A stretch of 64,000 bases of DNA, from assembly GCA_963728195.1 (NCBI GenBank), contig CAVSIX010000007.1, positions 206,139 through 270,138 on the forward strand. The letters run 5' to 3'. The DNA comes from Ilumatobacteraceae bacterium (GTDB lineage: Bacteria > Actinomycetota > Acidimicrobiia > Acidimicrobiales > Ilumatobacteraceae). Made by a program: the position numbers and the translations under genes. The notes beneath the pieces are model-generated. The model did no database searches. It saw only the letters and a program-made list of their open reading frames with translations, and was not told the origin of the DNA. This document shows positions 9,911 through 18,905 of this stretch, piece after piece; the first letter of the stretch is position 1, and the number at the start of each line of letters is the position of its first letter.

Positions 9911-10774
9911 TCAGACCGTGGTCAGCCCGAGGTTCAAGCAGATCTCGACGACCGATTCCGGCCGGTTGAGTGCGTACAGGTGCAGACCCGGCGTGCCGGC
10001 GTCGATCAGATCGGAACAGAGCTGCGTGGCGACGTCGACACCGATGCGGCGGACCTCCGCGGGATCGTCGGTGCCGTCGAGGCGATCGGCGAGCCAGCCC
10101 GGCAGTGCCGCACCGCTCATCTCTGCCATCCGTTTCACCATTGCCTTGTTGTTGATCGGCATGATGCCCGGCAGCACCGGCTTGTCGATGCCGAGATCGG
10201 ACAGTTCGTCGACGAGGCGCACCCAGTGCTCGACCTCGAAGAAGAACTGCGTCAGCGCGAAGTCGGCGATCGCGAGTTTGTCGGCGAGGTGGCGGCGGTC
10301 GGTTTCCCGGTCGGGCGAGCGGGGGTGCACTTCGGGATGCGCTGCCACGCCAGTGGCGAACCGGCCCGTCGAGACCACGTCCTCGAGCAGATCCATGGCG
10401 TAGAGGTAGTCGCCCGCCTCCTCGACGCCGCCCGCTGGCGGATCACCGCCGAGCGCCAGGATGTTCTCGATGCCGAGGTCGGCGTAGTGGTCGAGCAACG
10501 ACACCACGTCGGTGCGATGGTGCCCGCGGCAGGTGAGGTGAGGCATCGGGGTCCATGACGTCTCGCCGAGCATCCAGGCGACGACGTCACCGGTGCGATG
10601 GCGATCCGAACCGCCCGCGCCGTAGGTGATCGAGACGAAGTCGGGGCGCAGCGATTCGATCGCGGCCACGGTGCGTCCGAGCGTCAGGTTGGCGGCCGGC
10701 GTCTTCGGCGGGAAGAACTCGAACGACAGCGTGCGCTTGCTCGCGAGGAGATCCGGGATCCGCACCATCGCCAA
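9911..10774 (-). CDS. metF: methylenetetrahydrofolate reductase
   Basis: MTHFR family motifs SFEFFPPKT and VSITYGAGGS; 287 aa. Confidence 0.9.
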   Translation of the reverse strand: MAMVRIPDLLASKRTLSFEFFPPKTPAANLTLGRTVAAIESLRPDFVSITYGAGGSDRHRTGDVVAWMLGETSWTPMPHLTCRGHHRTDVVSLLDHYADLGIENILALGGDPPAGGVEEAGDYLYAMDLLEDVVSTGRFATGVAAHPEVHPRSPDRETDRRHLADKLAIADFALTQFFFEVEHWVRLVDELSDLGIDKPVLPGIMPINNKAMVKRMAEMSGAALPGWLADRLDGTDDPAEVRRIGVDVATQLCSDLIDAGTPGLHLYALNRPESVVEICLNLGLTTV

Positions 10775-10894
10775 GAGGCTACCGACCGGTGCGACGGCGG
10801 CGTTGGGACCCGATCCGTGACGCCAAGGGTCACCGCATCCAGCGACATGGCTGTGTTACGTTCCCGCGGTCGATCACGAACGAAGGGGACGGGC

Positions 10895-11260
10895 ATGCCG
10901 ATCATCGAGAACTGGAAACTGGTCGTACTGGAGCGGTTCGCCAAATTCGACGGTCGAGCCGGTCGGGCCGAGTTCTGGTGGTTCGTCCTCGCGAACTTCG
11001 TGGTGTACATCGCACTCGCGATCCTCATGCAGATCTCATCGCTCTTCGTGATCCTGTACGTCCTCTACGGCCTGGCCATGATCGTGCCGTCGATCGCCGT
11101 CGCGATCCGCCGTCTGCACGACACCGACAAGTCGGGATGGCTGCTCCTGCTGGGCCTCGTTCCACTGCTGGGCTTCATCATCCTGCTGGTGTTCTACATC
11201 CAAGAGGGCACGAACGGGCCGAACCAGTACGGCGTCGCACCCGAGCCCGCCGCCGGCTGA
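10895..11260 (+). CDS. DUF805 family inner-membrane protein
   Basis: FDGRAGRAEFWWF and RRLHDTDKSGW motifs with 3 hydrophobic helices. The ATG at 10895 is preceded by GAAGGGGA. The upstream 99 codons of the track ORF overlap metF antisense. Confidence 0.8.
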   Translation: MPIIENWKLVVLERFAKFDGRAGRAEFWWFVLANFVVYIALAILMQISSLFVILYVLYGLAMIVPSIAVAIRRLHDTDKSGWLLLLGLVPLLGFIILLVFYIQEGTNGPNQYGVAPEPAAG

Positions 11261-11278
11261 CCCTCGCCGGACACCGGC

Positions 11279-12790
11279 TCAGTGACGGAAGTGGCGTTGG
11301 CCGGTGAAGACCATCGCGATGCCATGTTCGTCGGCGGCGGCGATCACCTCGTCGTCGCGGACGGACCCGCCGGGCTGGATCACCGCCATGATGCCGGCGG
11401 CTGCCGCAGCGTCGAGGCCGTCACGGAACGGGAAGAACGCATCGCTCGCACAAGCGCCCCCTTCCGCGCGACCCGCTGAACGTTCGGCGGCGATCCGCGC
11501 CGAGTCGAGACGGTTCTGCTGTCCGGCGCCGATGCCGAAGGCCTGCAGATCCTTCGCGTAGACGATGGCGTTGCTGCTGACCGCAGCACAGACCTGCCAC
11601 GCGAACTCGAGATCGGCCCACTGATCGTCGCCCGGCTGGGCAGTCGTCACGACACGCCACTCGTCGCTGCGCCCGGCGATCGGATCCGGCTGCTGCACGA
11701 GCAGGCCCCCGTCGACAGGGCGGACATCGAACGGCAGCGGCGAGGCCGCGTTGGCCGACATCACCCTCAGGTTCTTCTTCACCGCGAGGATCTCGAGCGC
11801 CTCCGGCTCGAAGTCGGGCGCCACGACCACCTCGGTGAAGACGTCACCGATCGCCGATGCCATTTCGGCGGTCACCGTGCGGTTGGCGGCGATGATGCCC
11901 CCGAACGCACTGACCGGGTCGCAGGCATTGGCGCGCACATACGCCTCGGTGATGTCGTCGGCGACGGCGACACCACAGGGGTTGGCGTGCTTGACGACGA
12001 CGACGGCGGGCGCATCGAAGCGATGGACGAGCCGCCACGCTGCCTCGGTGTCGAAGACGTTCAGATAGGACAGTTCCTTGCCGCCGTGCTGGGTCATCGA
12101 ATCCCACCAACTGGTCGCCCCGACCTGCCGGTAGCGCGCTCCCTGCTGGTGCGGGTTCTCGCCGTACCGCAGCGGTTGTGCGAGTTCGAGCGCGAGGTGG
12201 ATCGACGGCGGCAGCTCGACGTCGTCGGTCTCCACGGTCGCCGACTCGTCGAACCACGTGACGATCGACGCGTCGTACGCAGCGGTGTGGGCGAACGCCG
12301 TGCGGGCGAGGCGACGCCTGGTGGCATCGCCGAGCGCACCGCCGTTGCGCAATTCCTCCAGCACCGGTTCGTAGTCGGCCGGATCGACGAGGATGCCGAC
12401 GTGGGCGTGGTTCTTCGCCGCGGCGCGCACCATCGCCGGTCCACCGATGTCGATCAGACCGATGCCGGGATCGGACGAGAAGGGATAGAGGTTGACCACG
12501 ACGAGATCGATCTGCTGGATGTCGTGGTGCGCCATGTCGGCGACGTGTTCGGGATCGGTGGGATCGGCGAGGATGCCGCCGTGGATCTTGGGATGCAGCG
12601 TCACGACGCGGTGACCGAGGATGGCGGGCAGGCCGGTCAGTTCGGCGACGTCGGTGACCGGGATCCCGGCGTCGGCGATCGCCCGCGCCGTCCCGCCGCT
12701 GGACACCAGCGACCACTCCAGTTCGTGGAGTGATCGAGCGAACTCGACGATGCCGGACTTGTCGTAGACGGAGAGCAGCGCAGTGGGCAC
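11279..12790 (-). CDS. purH: bifunctional AICAR formyltransferase / IMP cyclohydrolase
   Basis: MGS-like N-domain ([24 protein letters not shown]) plus an AICARFT domain, ending FTGQRHFRH. Start placed at GTG 12790 ([11 protein letters not shown]). The track ATG at 12916 adds 42 codons with poor third-position GC. Confidence 0.9.
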   Translation of the reverse strand: MPTALLSVYDKSGIVEFARSLHELEWSLVSSGGTARAIADAGIPVTDVAELTGLPAILGHRVVTLHPKIHGGILADPTDPEHVADMAHHDIQQIDLVVVNLYPFSSDPGIGLIDIGGPAMVRAAAKNHAHVGILVDPADYEPVLEELRNGGALGDATRRRLARTAFAHTAAYDASIVTWFDESATVETDDVELPPSIHLALELAQPLRYGENPHQQGARYRQVGATSWWDSMTQHGGKELSYLNVFDTEAAWRLVHRFDAPAVVVVKHANPCGVAVADDITEAYVRANACDPVSAFGGIIAANRTVTAEMASAIGDVFTEVVVAPDFEPEALEILAVKKNLRVMSANAASPLPFDVRPVDGGLLVQQPDPIAGRSDEWRVVTTAQPGDDQWADLEFAWQVCAAVSSNAIVYAKDLQAFGIGAGQQNRLDSARIAAERSAGRAEGGACASDAFFPFRDGLDAAAAAGIMAVIQPGGSVRDDEVIAAADEHGIAMVFTGQRHFRH

Positions 12791-12920
12791 CCGCGCGACC
12801 GTAGCCAATCCGTCACCGCCATCGGGAATGTCACTGCTGACGCCACTACGTCCGGGTGCGCGACCGCCGTCGAGGGTCGCACTACGGTTCCGGCCGGGGG
12901 AACGCACATCGGACATTCCG

Positions 12921-12926
12921 GAGGGA
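12921..12926 (+). promoter_or_regulatory. Shine-Dalgarno-like GGAGGG upstream of ATG 12935
   Basis: GGAGGGAATTCACAC-ATG with an 8-nt spacer, in the low-GC divergent region between purH and the downstream gene. Confidence 0.5.
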
Positions 12927-12934
12927 ATTCACAC

Positions 12935-13514
12935 ATGGACTTCAGCAAATTCAAGACATCCGACTGGCTGATGGTCGGGGGTGGCGATCGGCCATGCTTG
13001 ATCTTCGGCTTGCTTCAACTGGGTCACCGTGACACGGTTTCGGTTTCTCCAGCTGTGGCGGCAATGTCTTCGACTACTTCATGACCGGACGGTATCCCTG
13101 GCTCCTCGTCGATCGCCGTCGGGCGTCGTCACGTTCCTGCTCATCGAGGGAACGTTGAAGGAGGACCAGCTCCCCTGGCCGCTGATACTTCCTCGCTGCC
13201 ACCGCATTGGCCGACATTGCTGCTGCTGCATGCGAATCATCTTCAATCCGATCGACGGCAAAGACCTCATCGAGTCGGCTGGCGGCGACGTCGGTCGAGG
13301 CATCGGCATGATCCGGTCGGTCATCGCCGGACTGGCGGCACTCGCCGGGGCGTACATGAACTTCACCGCACACGGTGGTGAGCTATCAAACCTGACCGAC
13401 GTCGACAAGCTCAAGTCGAGCTTCGCCAAGAGCGATGCAAGCGGTGCGACGCCACCGCCGCCACCGCCGTCGCAATCCGACGAGATGCCGCCGCCTCCGC
13501 CACCCACCGCCTGA
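12935..13514 (+). pseudogene. multi-TM membrane protein with Pro-rich C-terminus, apparently frame-disrupted
   Basis: ATG 12935 opens MDFSKFKTSDWLMVGGG but stops after 49 codons. Hydrophobic TM-like readings continue in the other frames (FNWVTVT; GFGFSSCGGNVFDYFMTGRYPWLLV; VVTFLLIEG...PWPLIL; FLAATALADIAAAA). The track ORF 13029..13514 carries an intact tail: RIIFNPIDGKDLIESAGGDVGRGIGMIRSVIAGLAALAGAYMNF...PPPPPPSQSDEMPPPPPPTA. Confidence 0.5.
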
Positions 13515-13536
13515 GGCGCGACCCAACCCGGCTCAC

Positions 13537-13590
13537 CACGTTTGTGTGCGGATTCTGGTGGACCGCCCCACCAGAACCGTCACGCAAACG
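13537..13590. repeat. palindromic intergenic repeat, family A, copy 1
   Basis: CACGTTTGTGTGCGGATTCTGGTGG-ACCGCC-CCACCAGAACCGTCACGCAAACG, an imperfect hairpin of about 23 bp. Confidence 0.85.
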
Positions 13591-13609
13591 GCAAGACGTC
13601 GTTGACCAT

Positions 13610-13663
13610 CACGTTTGTGTGCGGATTCTGGTGGACCGCCCCACCAGATCCGTCACGCAAACG
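13610..13663. repeat. palindromic intergenic repeat, family A, copy 2 (tandem, 73-bp period)
   Basis: Near-identical to copy 1 (one A-to-T change in the right arm). It lies between the Pro-rich gene stop (13514) and the sucD stop (13702). Confidence 0.85.
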
Positions 13664-13701
13664 GGGAGGGCGGCTTCACCGCATGGTGTGGGTCGACCGG
13701 C

Positions 13702-14598
13702 TCAGAGGTTGGCGACGATGTCGGCCATCAGCTCGCCGGCCTCGGTGGGGTTGAGGCCCACCCGTACGCCGGCTGCCGCGAGGGCATCCATCTTGCCCTG
13801 AGCCGTTCCCTTGCCGCCCGAGACGATTGCACCGGCGTGGCCCATCTTCTTGCCGGCCGGGGCGGTGACGCCGGCGATGTAGGCGCTCATCGGCTTGGTG
13901 ACGTTCGCCTGGATGTACTCGGCGGCCTCCTCCTCGGCCGACCCGCCGATCTCGCCGATCATCATGATCGCGTGGGTCTCGGGATCGGCCTGGAACTCGG
14001 CCAGGCAGTCGATGAAGTTGGTGCCGGGCACGGGGTCGCCGCCGATACCGACGCACGTCGACACGCCGATCCCCTTCTGCTTGAGCTCGTAGAGCGCCTG
14101 GTAGGTGAGCGTGCCCGAGCGGCTGACGATGCCCACGTTGGGGCCGTCGGCCGACGGCACCTGGGCGATCTCACCGGCGGTGATGCCGATGTTGCACTTG
14201 CCGGGGCTGATGATGCCCGGACAGTTGGGTCCGAGCAGCCGGGTGCCCGGGTGGTTGCGGACGAGGAGGTTGAAGACCTTGGCCTCGTCCTGGGCCGGGA
14301 TGCCCTCGGTGATGCACACGACGAACCCGATGCCCGCCGCCGCAGCCTCGAGGATCGCATCTGCTGCGAACTTCGGCGGAACGGCGACGAACGACGCATC
14401 GGCACCGGTGGCGGCGACCGCGTCGGCGACGGTGTCGTACACCGGGATGCCGTCGACGTCCTGGCCGGCCTTGCCCGGTGTGACTCCGGCGACGATCTTG
14501 GTGCCGTAGTCACGGTTGCGCAGGCCGTGGTATTTGCCCTGGCCTCCGGTGAGGCCCTGGACGATGACCTTGGTGTTCTCGTTGACGAAGATGGCCAT
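13702..14598 (-). CDS. sucD: succinate--CoA ligase subunit alpha
   Basis: MAIFVNENTKVIVQGLTGGQG, SRSGTLTY, and phosphohistidine loop MGHAGAIV. Confidence 0.95.
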   Translation of the reverse strand: MAIFVNENTKVIVQGLTGGQGKYHGLRNRDYGTKIVAGVTPGKAGQDVDGIPVYDTVADAVAATGADASFVAVPPKFAADAILEAAAAGIGFVVCITEGIPAQDEAKVFNLLVRNHPGTRLLGPNCPGIISPGKCNIGITAGEIAQVPSADGPNVGIVSRSGTLTYQALYELKQKGIGVSTCVGIGGDPVPGTNFIDCLAEFQADPETHAIMMIGEIGGSAEEEAAEYIQANVTKPMSAYIAGVTAPAGKKMGHAGAIVSGGKGTAQGKMDALAAAGVRVGLNPTEAGELMADIVANL

Positions 14599-14605
14599 GA
14601 CTACT

Positions 14606-15751
14606 TCACTTCGCTTTCGCAACGGCCGCACGGGCGGCGTCGAGCATGGTGGGTTCGGACTGGAGCTTGTCGGCGGAGATGCCGGCGTCGAGCAGGATCT
14701 GGCGGCCCTCCTCGGCGTTGGTGCCGTCGAGGCGGATCACGATCGGCGCTCGCAGCTCGACGCGGCCCATGGCCTCGACGATGCCCTTCGCGACTTCTTC
14801 GCCGCGGGTGATGCCGCCGAAGATGTTGATCAGGATCGACTGGACCTTGTCGTCGAAGTTGATCACCTCGAGCGCGCCGGCCATCACGTCGGCGTTCGCA
14901 CCGCCGCCGATGTCGAGGAAGTTGGCAGCCGAGCCACCGACCTGGTTGACGACGTCGAGCGTCGACATCGCGAGCCCGGCGCCATTGGCGATGATGCCCA
15001 CCGTGCCGTCGAGGCCGATGTACTGCAGGCCCTTCTCGGCGGCCATCTTCTCGCGGTCGTCCATCTCGGTGAGACCCCGGAACGCATCCCACTCGGGATG
15101 GCGGAACTCGGCGTTCTCGTCGAGGGTGACCTTGGCGTCGAGCGCGTGCACCTCGCCGGTCGGCTTCAGGATGAGGGGGTTGATCTCGGCGAGGTCGCAG
15201 TCACCCTCGGTGAAGCAGCGGTACAGCTTGACGAGGATGTCGGCGGCACCGTCGAGCGCCCGCTCGGGCAGCTTCGCGTCGACGCACGCCTGGCGTGCCG
15301 TGGCGACATCGAGTCCGTCGACCGGGTCGATGTGGAGCTTGACGATCGCATCGGGATTCGACTCGGCGACCGCTTCGATCTCGACGCCGCCCTCGGCAGA
15401 CAGCATCAGGAGGTGCTTCTTCGCCGCGCGATCGAGCGTGAACGACGCGTAGTACTCCTCGTCGATGTCCGACGCCTTCTCGATCCAGAGGCGCTTGACG
15501 ACGTGGCCCTTGATGTCCATGCCGAGGATGTTGCCGGCGTGCTCGCGCACCTCGGCCTCGTTGTCGGCGAGCTTGATGCCACCCGCCTTGCCACGGCCAC
15601 CGACCTGCACCTGGGCCTTGACGACGACCGGGTAGCCGGCCTGATTGGCCTCCTTCACCGCCTCGTCGACGGTGTCGGCCGGCCCGCCGGGGCTCACCGG
15701 GATGTCGTAGCGGGCGAAGTACTGCTTGCCCTGGTACTCGAAGAGGTCCAC
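14606..15751 (-). CDS. sucC: succinate--CoA ligase subunit beta (ADP-forming)
   Basis: MDLFEYQGKQYFARYDIPV ATP-grasp N-terminus. 381 aa, ending 7 nt upstream of sucD. Confidence 0.95.
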   Translation of the reverse strand: MDLFEYQGKQYFARYDIPVSPGGPADTVDEAVKEANQAGYPVVVKAQVQVGGRGKAGGIKLADNEAEVREHAGNILGMDIKGHVVKRLWIEKASDIDEEYYASFTLDRAAKKHLLMLSAEGGVEIEAVAESNPDAIVKLHIDPVDGLDVATARQACVDAKLPERALDGAADILVKLYRCFTEGDCDLAEINPLILKPTGEVHALDAKVTLDENAEFRHPEWDAFRGLTEMDDREKMAAEKGLQYIGLDGTVGIIANGAGLAMSTLDVVNQVGGSAANFLDIGGGANADVMAGALEVINFDDKVQSILINIFGGITRGEEVAKGIVEAMGRVELRAPIVIRLDGTNAEEGRQILLDAGISADKLQSEPTMLDAARAAVAKAK

Positions 15752-15803
15752 GTCGGAGTCACTCGCTTTCTGGTTGCGTACGGGAGACCGACCGCTCTCG
15801 CGC

Positions 15804-16211
15804 TCAGTCGGGTTCGGATTCGTCGAGCGTCGTCTCCAGCCACTGGCCGATCGCCTTCAGCGACGAACCCGGACCGAAGATCTCTGCGACACCCTGCTCT
15901 CTGAGCGCACGGGCATCGGCATCGGGAATGACCCCGCCGCCGAAGACCAACACGTCGCCGAGGTCACGGCTGCGCAGCTCGTCCATCACCCGCGGGAACA
16001 GGGTCAGGTGGGCGCCGGACAGCAGCGAGAGACCCACGCCGTCGGCGTCCTCCTGCAGGACGGTTTCGGCGATCTGTTCGGGCGTCTGGTGCAGACCGGT
16101 GTAGATCACCTCGAAGCCGTGGTCGCGCAATGCGCGGGTGATGGTCTTGGCGCCACGGTCGTGGCCATCGAGACCGGGCTTCGCCACGACGATGCGATAC
16201 GTGCGCTTCAC
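15804..16211 (-). CDS. stand-alone cobalamin (B12)-binding domain protein, methylmalonyl-CoA-mutase C-terminal type
   Basis: 135 aa starting at GTG (VKRTYRIVVAKPGLDGHDRGAK) with the DxHxxG B12-ligand motif. The upstream 140 codons of the track ORF are Arg/Pro-rich. Confidence 0.85.
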   Translation of the reverse strand: MKRTYRIVVAKPGLDGHDRGAKTITRALRDHGFEVIYTGLHQTPEQIAETVLQEDADGVGLSLLSGAHLTLFPRVMDELRSRDLGDVLVFGGGVIPDADARALREQGVAEIFGPGSSLKAIGQWLETTLDESEPD

Positions 16212-16309
16212 GAAGCATGAACCATAGGGCAACGCTCCACGACGCGCCGAAACGACGGTCACCGCTCGAGCCGGCGAACTGTGGGGTACCCCTTGGTCAT
16301 GATGGTGGT

Positions 16310-16870
16310 ATGTCCGTTGTCGAGGAGCCGATCGCCGCCGAAGCGGTGTGCGGGCCGTTGTTCGGTGACGGGTTCGAGTGGTGTCCGGCCGATGACGCTC
16401 GCGGGTTCGATCCGGTGACCGACGTCGCGTTCGGTGATCACCCGCTGGTGGGACCGCAGTGGATGCAGGCGGTGGTCGAGCATTGCGCCCAGGGGCTTTC
16501 GTTGCTGGAACGTCTCGATCCGTCAGGCTTCGACGCGGCGACCACCGAGGCCTGGGCGGTCGGCGTCGAACAGCTGCGCCGTCAGGCCACCGCAGCGGGC
16601 ATCGCAGTGGCCGATCACCTCGACACCACACAGCCGTTCCGGAATCTCGGGTTCTTCACCGCCAAAGCCTGGATGAAGCACCGCTTGCAGCTGTCGGGTG
16701 CCGAAGCGCACGGCCGCCTGCAAGAAGCCCGGCTGCGTCGAGCGGTCGGAGTGTGGAACAACGCACTCGCCGGCGGCCAAGTCGGTGTTGCCCAGACCCG
16801 GCTGATGGCACGCATCGCCGCCAACCCGCGCATCGACGCTGACGTCCTCACCCAGGGTGTCTGGCGCTGA
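16310..16870 (+). CDS. DUF222-like N-terminal part of a 13E12-type HNH endonuclease (split)
   Basis: Helical region of the kind found N-terminal in DUF222/HNH proteins. Its TGA stop overlaps the ATG of the next ORF by 1 nt (TGATG). Confidence 0.6.
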   Translation: MSVVEEPIAAEAVCGPLFGDGFEWCPADDARGFDPVTDVAFGDHPLVGPQWMQAVVEHCAQGLSLLERLDPSGFDAATTEAWAVGVEQLRRQATAAGIAVADHLDTTQPFRNLGFFTAKAWMKHRLQLSGAEAHGRLQEARLRRAVGVWNNALAGGQVGVAQTRLMARIAANPRIDADVLTQGVWR

Positions 16871-17724
16871 TGGCCGACGCCATGGACGTCTCCTACGTCG
16901 AGTTCGAACGCCGCGCCCTCACATGGGAAGCACTCGCCGACCCGATCGGTGCCGCCGACAAAGCCGAACGCAACCAGCAACGCCGCAGCGCACTGATGCA
17001 CCAGTCCCCCGACGGCTCGTGGTCGTTGCACGCCCGCTTCGACGACGTCGGCGGCCCCGAATTCCTCGAAATCTTCTGCTGGTACGTCGACCGCGAATTC
17101 ACCCGCGACTGCAACAACGCCACCCGACACCACACCAACGGCAACATCGACATCACCGAACTCCGCCGCACCGAAGCGCAACGCCGAGCCGACGCCCTCC
17201 TCGAAATGGCCCGCGCCGCAGGCGCATGCCCACCCGACCGCCAACGCCCACTACCCACCGTCAACTTCCTCCTCGACGAAACCACCGCCGCCACCGTTGC
17301 CGACAACGACCTCATCGACCCCACCCGCTACCGCGACATCACCTCACGCACCTCACGCGGCCACCGCGTCGACCCCAACGCCATCATCGCAGTGTCCATG
17401 TGGTCGCTACTCCGCCGGGTCATCACCAACACCAAAGGCGTCATCATCGAACTCGGCCGCACGACCCGACTCTTCACCGGCGCCGCCCGCGAAGCCGTCA
17501 TGCTGCTCGAACCCACCTGCATCTGGCCCGGCTGCGACCAACCCCACACCTGGTGCCACGCCGACCACCTCACCAGCTGGTCCACCCGAGGCCCCACCAA
17601 CCCCGACAACGGCGCACCACTGTGCCCCCGCCACAACTACCTCAAAGAAACCGGCTTCACCATCCACCGAGACCACAACGGCCACTGGCACATCACCGGC
17701 CCCGACGGCACCGACATCTGCTGA
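16870..17724 (+). CDS. HNH endonuclease domain protein (C-terminal part of the DUF222/HNH architecture)
   Basis: CIWPGCDQPHTWCHADHLTSW...NGAPLCPRHNYLKE is an HNH nuclease motif with a Cys-rich zinc site. Confidence 0.8.
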   Translation: MADAMDVSYVEFERRALTWEALADPIGAADKAERNQQRRSALMHQSPDGSWSLHARFDDVGGPEFLEIFCWYVDREFTRDCNNATRHHTNGNIDITELRRTEAQRRADALLEMARAAGACPPDRQRPLPTVNFLLDETTAATVADNDLIDPTRYRDITSRTSRGHRVDPNAIIAVSMWSLLRRVITNTKGVIIELGRTTRLFTGAAREAVMLLEPTCIWPGCDQPHTWCHADHLTSWSTRGPTNPDNGAPLCPRHNYLKETGFTIHRDHNGHWHITGPDGTDIC

Positions 17725-17799
17725 CGCCCGTCCGCAGGCCATCGGCGCAACGCACTCTGCGCCCCACAGAACGCGACGACGCCCGGCAGACTGGGAACG

Positions 17800-18309
17800 A
17801 TGTCGAAAGCCGGACCGTTCCAACTGAGATCACCGTTCGCGAGAGCGGTCGTCCCGGTGCTCGGTGGCATCGCGTTCTTCGTCGTGCTCGCACTCGTGAT
17901 GTGGGGCATCGCCGCATGGATCTCCGGTGGCGGCGCGGACGTCTCCGACCGCCTGACACCGAGCCGCTTCGAGGTGGCAACCGTGCAGAGCGCAGCGCAG
18001 ATCGTCGAGGAGGACGGCCCGATCATCTTCCCCGGTCTCAACACCACCACTGGCGAACGCACGCTCGTGCTCGACCACGAAGGCACCGACCCGACGCGGG
18101 GCTGGCGCATCTACTACGCCTACCCGGCCGGTCGACCCGGTTGCACCGTCGAGCAGGTGGTCGGCACGCGCAACTTCATCGACTGCGACGGTGCGACGAT
18201 CACGGTCGCCGATCTCTCGCCTCCCGACTCCGGCGTGTTCCCGGTGGTCGAGAACCAACGCGTGCTCTACATCGACCTCGCCGGCGTCACCACGCCCCAG
18301 CCCGACTGA
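17800..18309 (+). CDS. hypothetical membrane-anchored protein
   Basis: N-terminal TM helix (VVPVLGGIAFFVVLALVMWGIAAWI) followed by a soluble domain of about 120 aa. No motif recognised. Confidence 0.55.
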   Translation: MSKAGPFQLRSPFARAVVPVLGGIAFFVVLALVMWGIAAWISGGGADVSDRLTPSRFEVATVQSAAQIVEEDGPIIFPGLNTTTGERTLVLDHEGTDPTRGWRIYYAYPAGRPGCTVEQVVGTRNFIDCDGATITVADLSPPDSGVFPVVENQRVLYIDLAGVTTPQPD

Positions 18310-18323
18310 CCTTCCAACCAACC

Positions 18324-18377
18324 CACGTTCGCGTTGCATTCCTGGTGGGCCGCCCCACCGGATGTGTCACGCAAACG
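18324..18377. repeat. palindromic intergenic repeat, family A, copy 3
   Basis: CACGTTCGCGTTGCATTCCTGGTGG-GCCGCC-CCACCGGATGTGTCACGCAAACG, between convergent gene ends 18309 and 18395. Confidence 0.75.
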
Positions 18378-18394
18378 GGGTGGTGGTGCGTGGT

Positions 18395-18823
18395 TCAGCC
18401 GACGGCCATGGCGTCGACGAGGCGCTCGGCGAAGATCTCGGTGTGGCGCCGGAGCTTGCTGCGGCTCATGGCGAAGCCACCGATCACGTAGGCGCCGGTG
18501 TCGCCGAGTGCCCGGTCGAGCTTGTCGAGCGACTTGCCCGGATCGAGTGCGAACGTGCAGAACCCGGCGGCACGTTTGCCGCGCATGGTCGGCAGGTTGG
18601 CGATGTTCGACGCCGCCCACGGCGCCTGACCGAAGAGGAACGCTCCGTGCACCCAGGTGCCGACGAGGATCAGGTCGGCCTGTTGGATCGACGCATGGTC
18701 GGGTTGCTTCACCTTGGAGAGCCCGGTGATCGTCCAGCGCTCCTGCGCCAGGAGATCGGCCACCATCTCGGCGGCGTGCCACGTGTTCCCCGTCAAGCTC
18801 TCGACCAACAATGCTGCCTTCAC
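18395..18823 (-). CDS. flavodoxin-like fold protein
   Basis: 142 aa with an N-terminal LVESLTGNT loop and alternating beta/alpha hydrophobic pattern like short flavodoxins. Confidence 0.65.
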   Translation of the reverse strand: MKAALLVESLTGNTWHAAEMVADLLAQERWTITGLSKVKQPDHASIQQADLILVGTWVHGAFLFGQAPWAASNIANLPTMRGKRAAGFCTFALDPGKSLDKLDRALGDTGAYVIGGFAMSRSKLRRHTEIFAERLVDAMAVG

Positions 18824-18905
18824 GGCGACGATTCTTGCAGGTCGGTGACCCGCGCAGCAGATCTCGTCACCACCGACGCAGTCGCAGCGGCGGCGAGTGT
18901 CCGAT

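Noticed and set aside
10775-10894. A SAM-type riboswitch upstream of metF.
   Set aside because: Only a short GUGAC...GUCAC hairpin is present. No SAM-I, SAM-II or SAM-IV core sequences are recognisable by eye. This needs an Rfam scan to exclude formally.
12791-12916. A 42-codon N-terminal extension of purH from ATG 12916.
   Set aside because: Third-position GC is clearly lower than in the rest of the gene. PurH homologs start close to the conserved (L/I)(L/I)SV(Y/S)DK motif. I treat this stretch as part of the divergent promoter region, though the longer form cannot be excluded.
13537-13663. Possible mini-CRISPR arrays, considered for the tandem repeat pairs here and at 25320, 34385 and 53462.
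   Set aside because: There are only two repeats per locus. The repeats are strongly palindromic along their whole length. The same units occur singly elsewhere, and no cas genes are present. They are better explained as REP-like elements.
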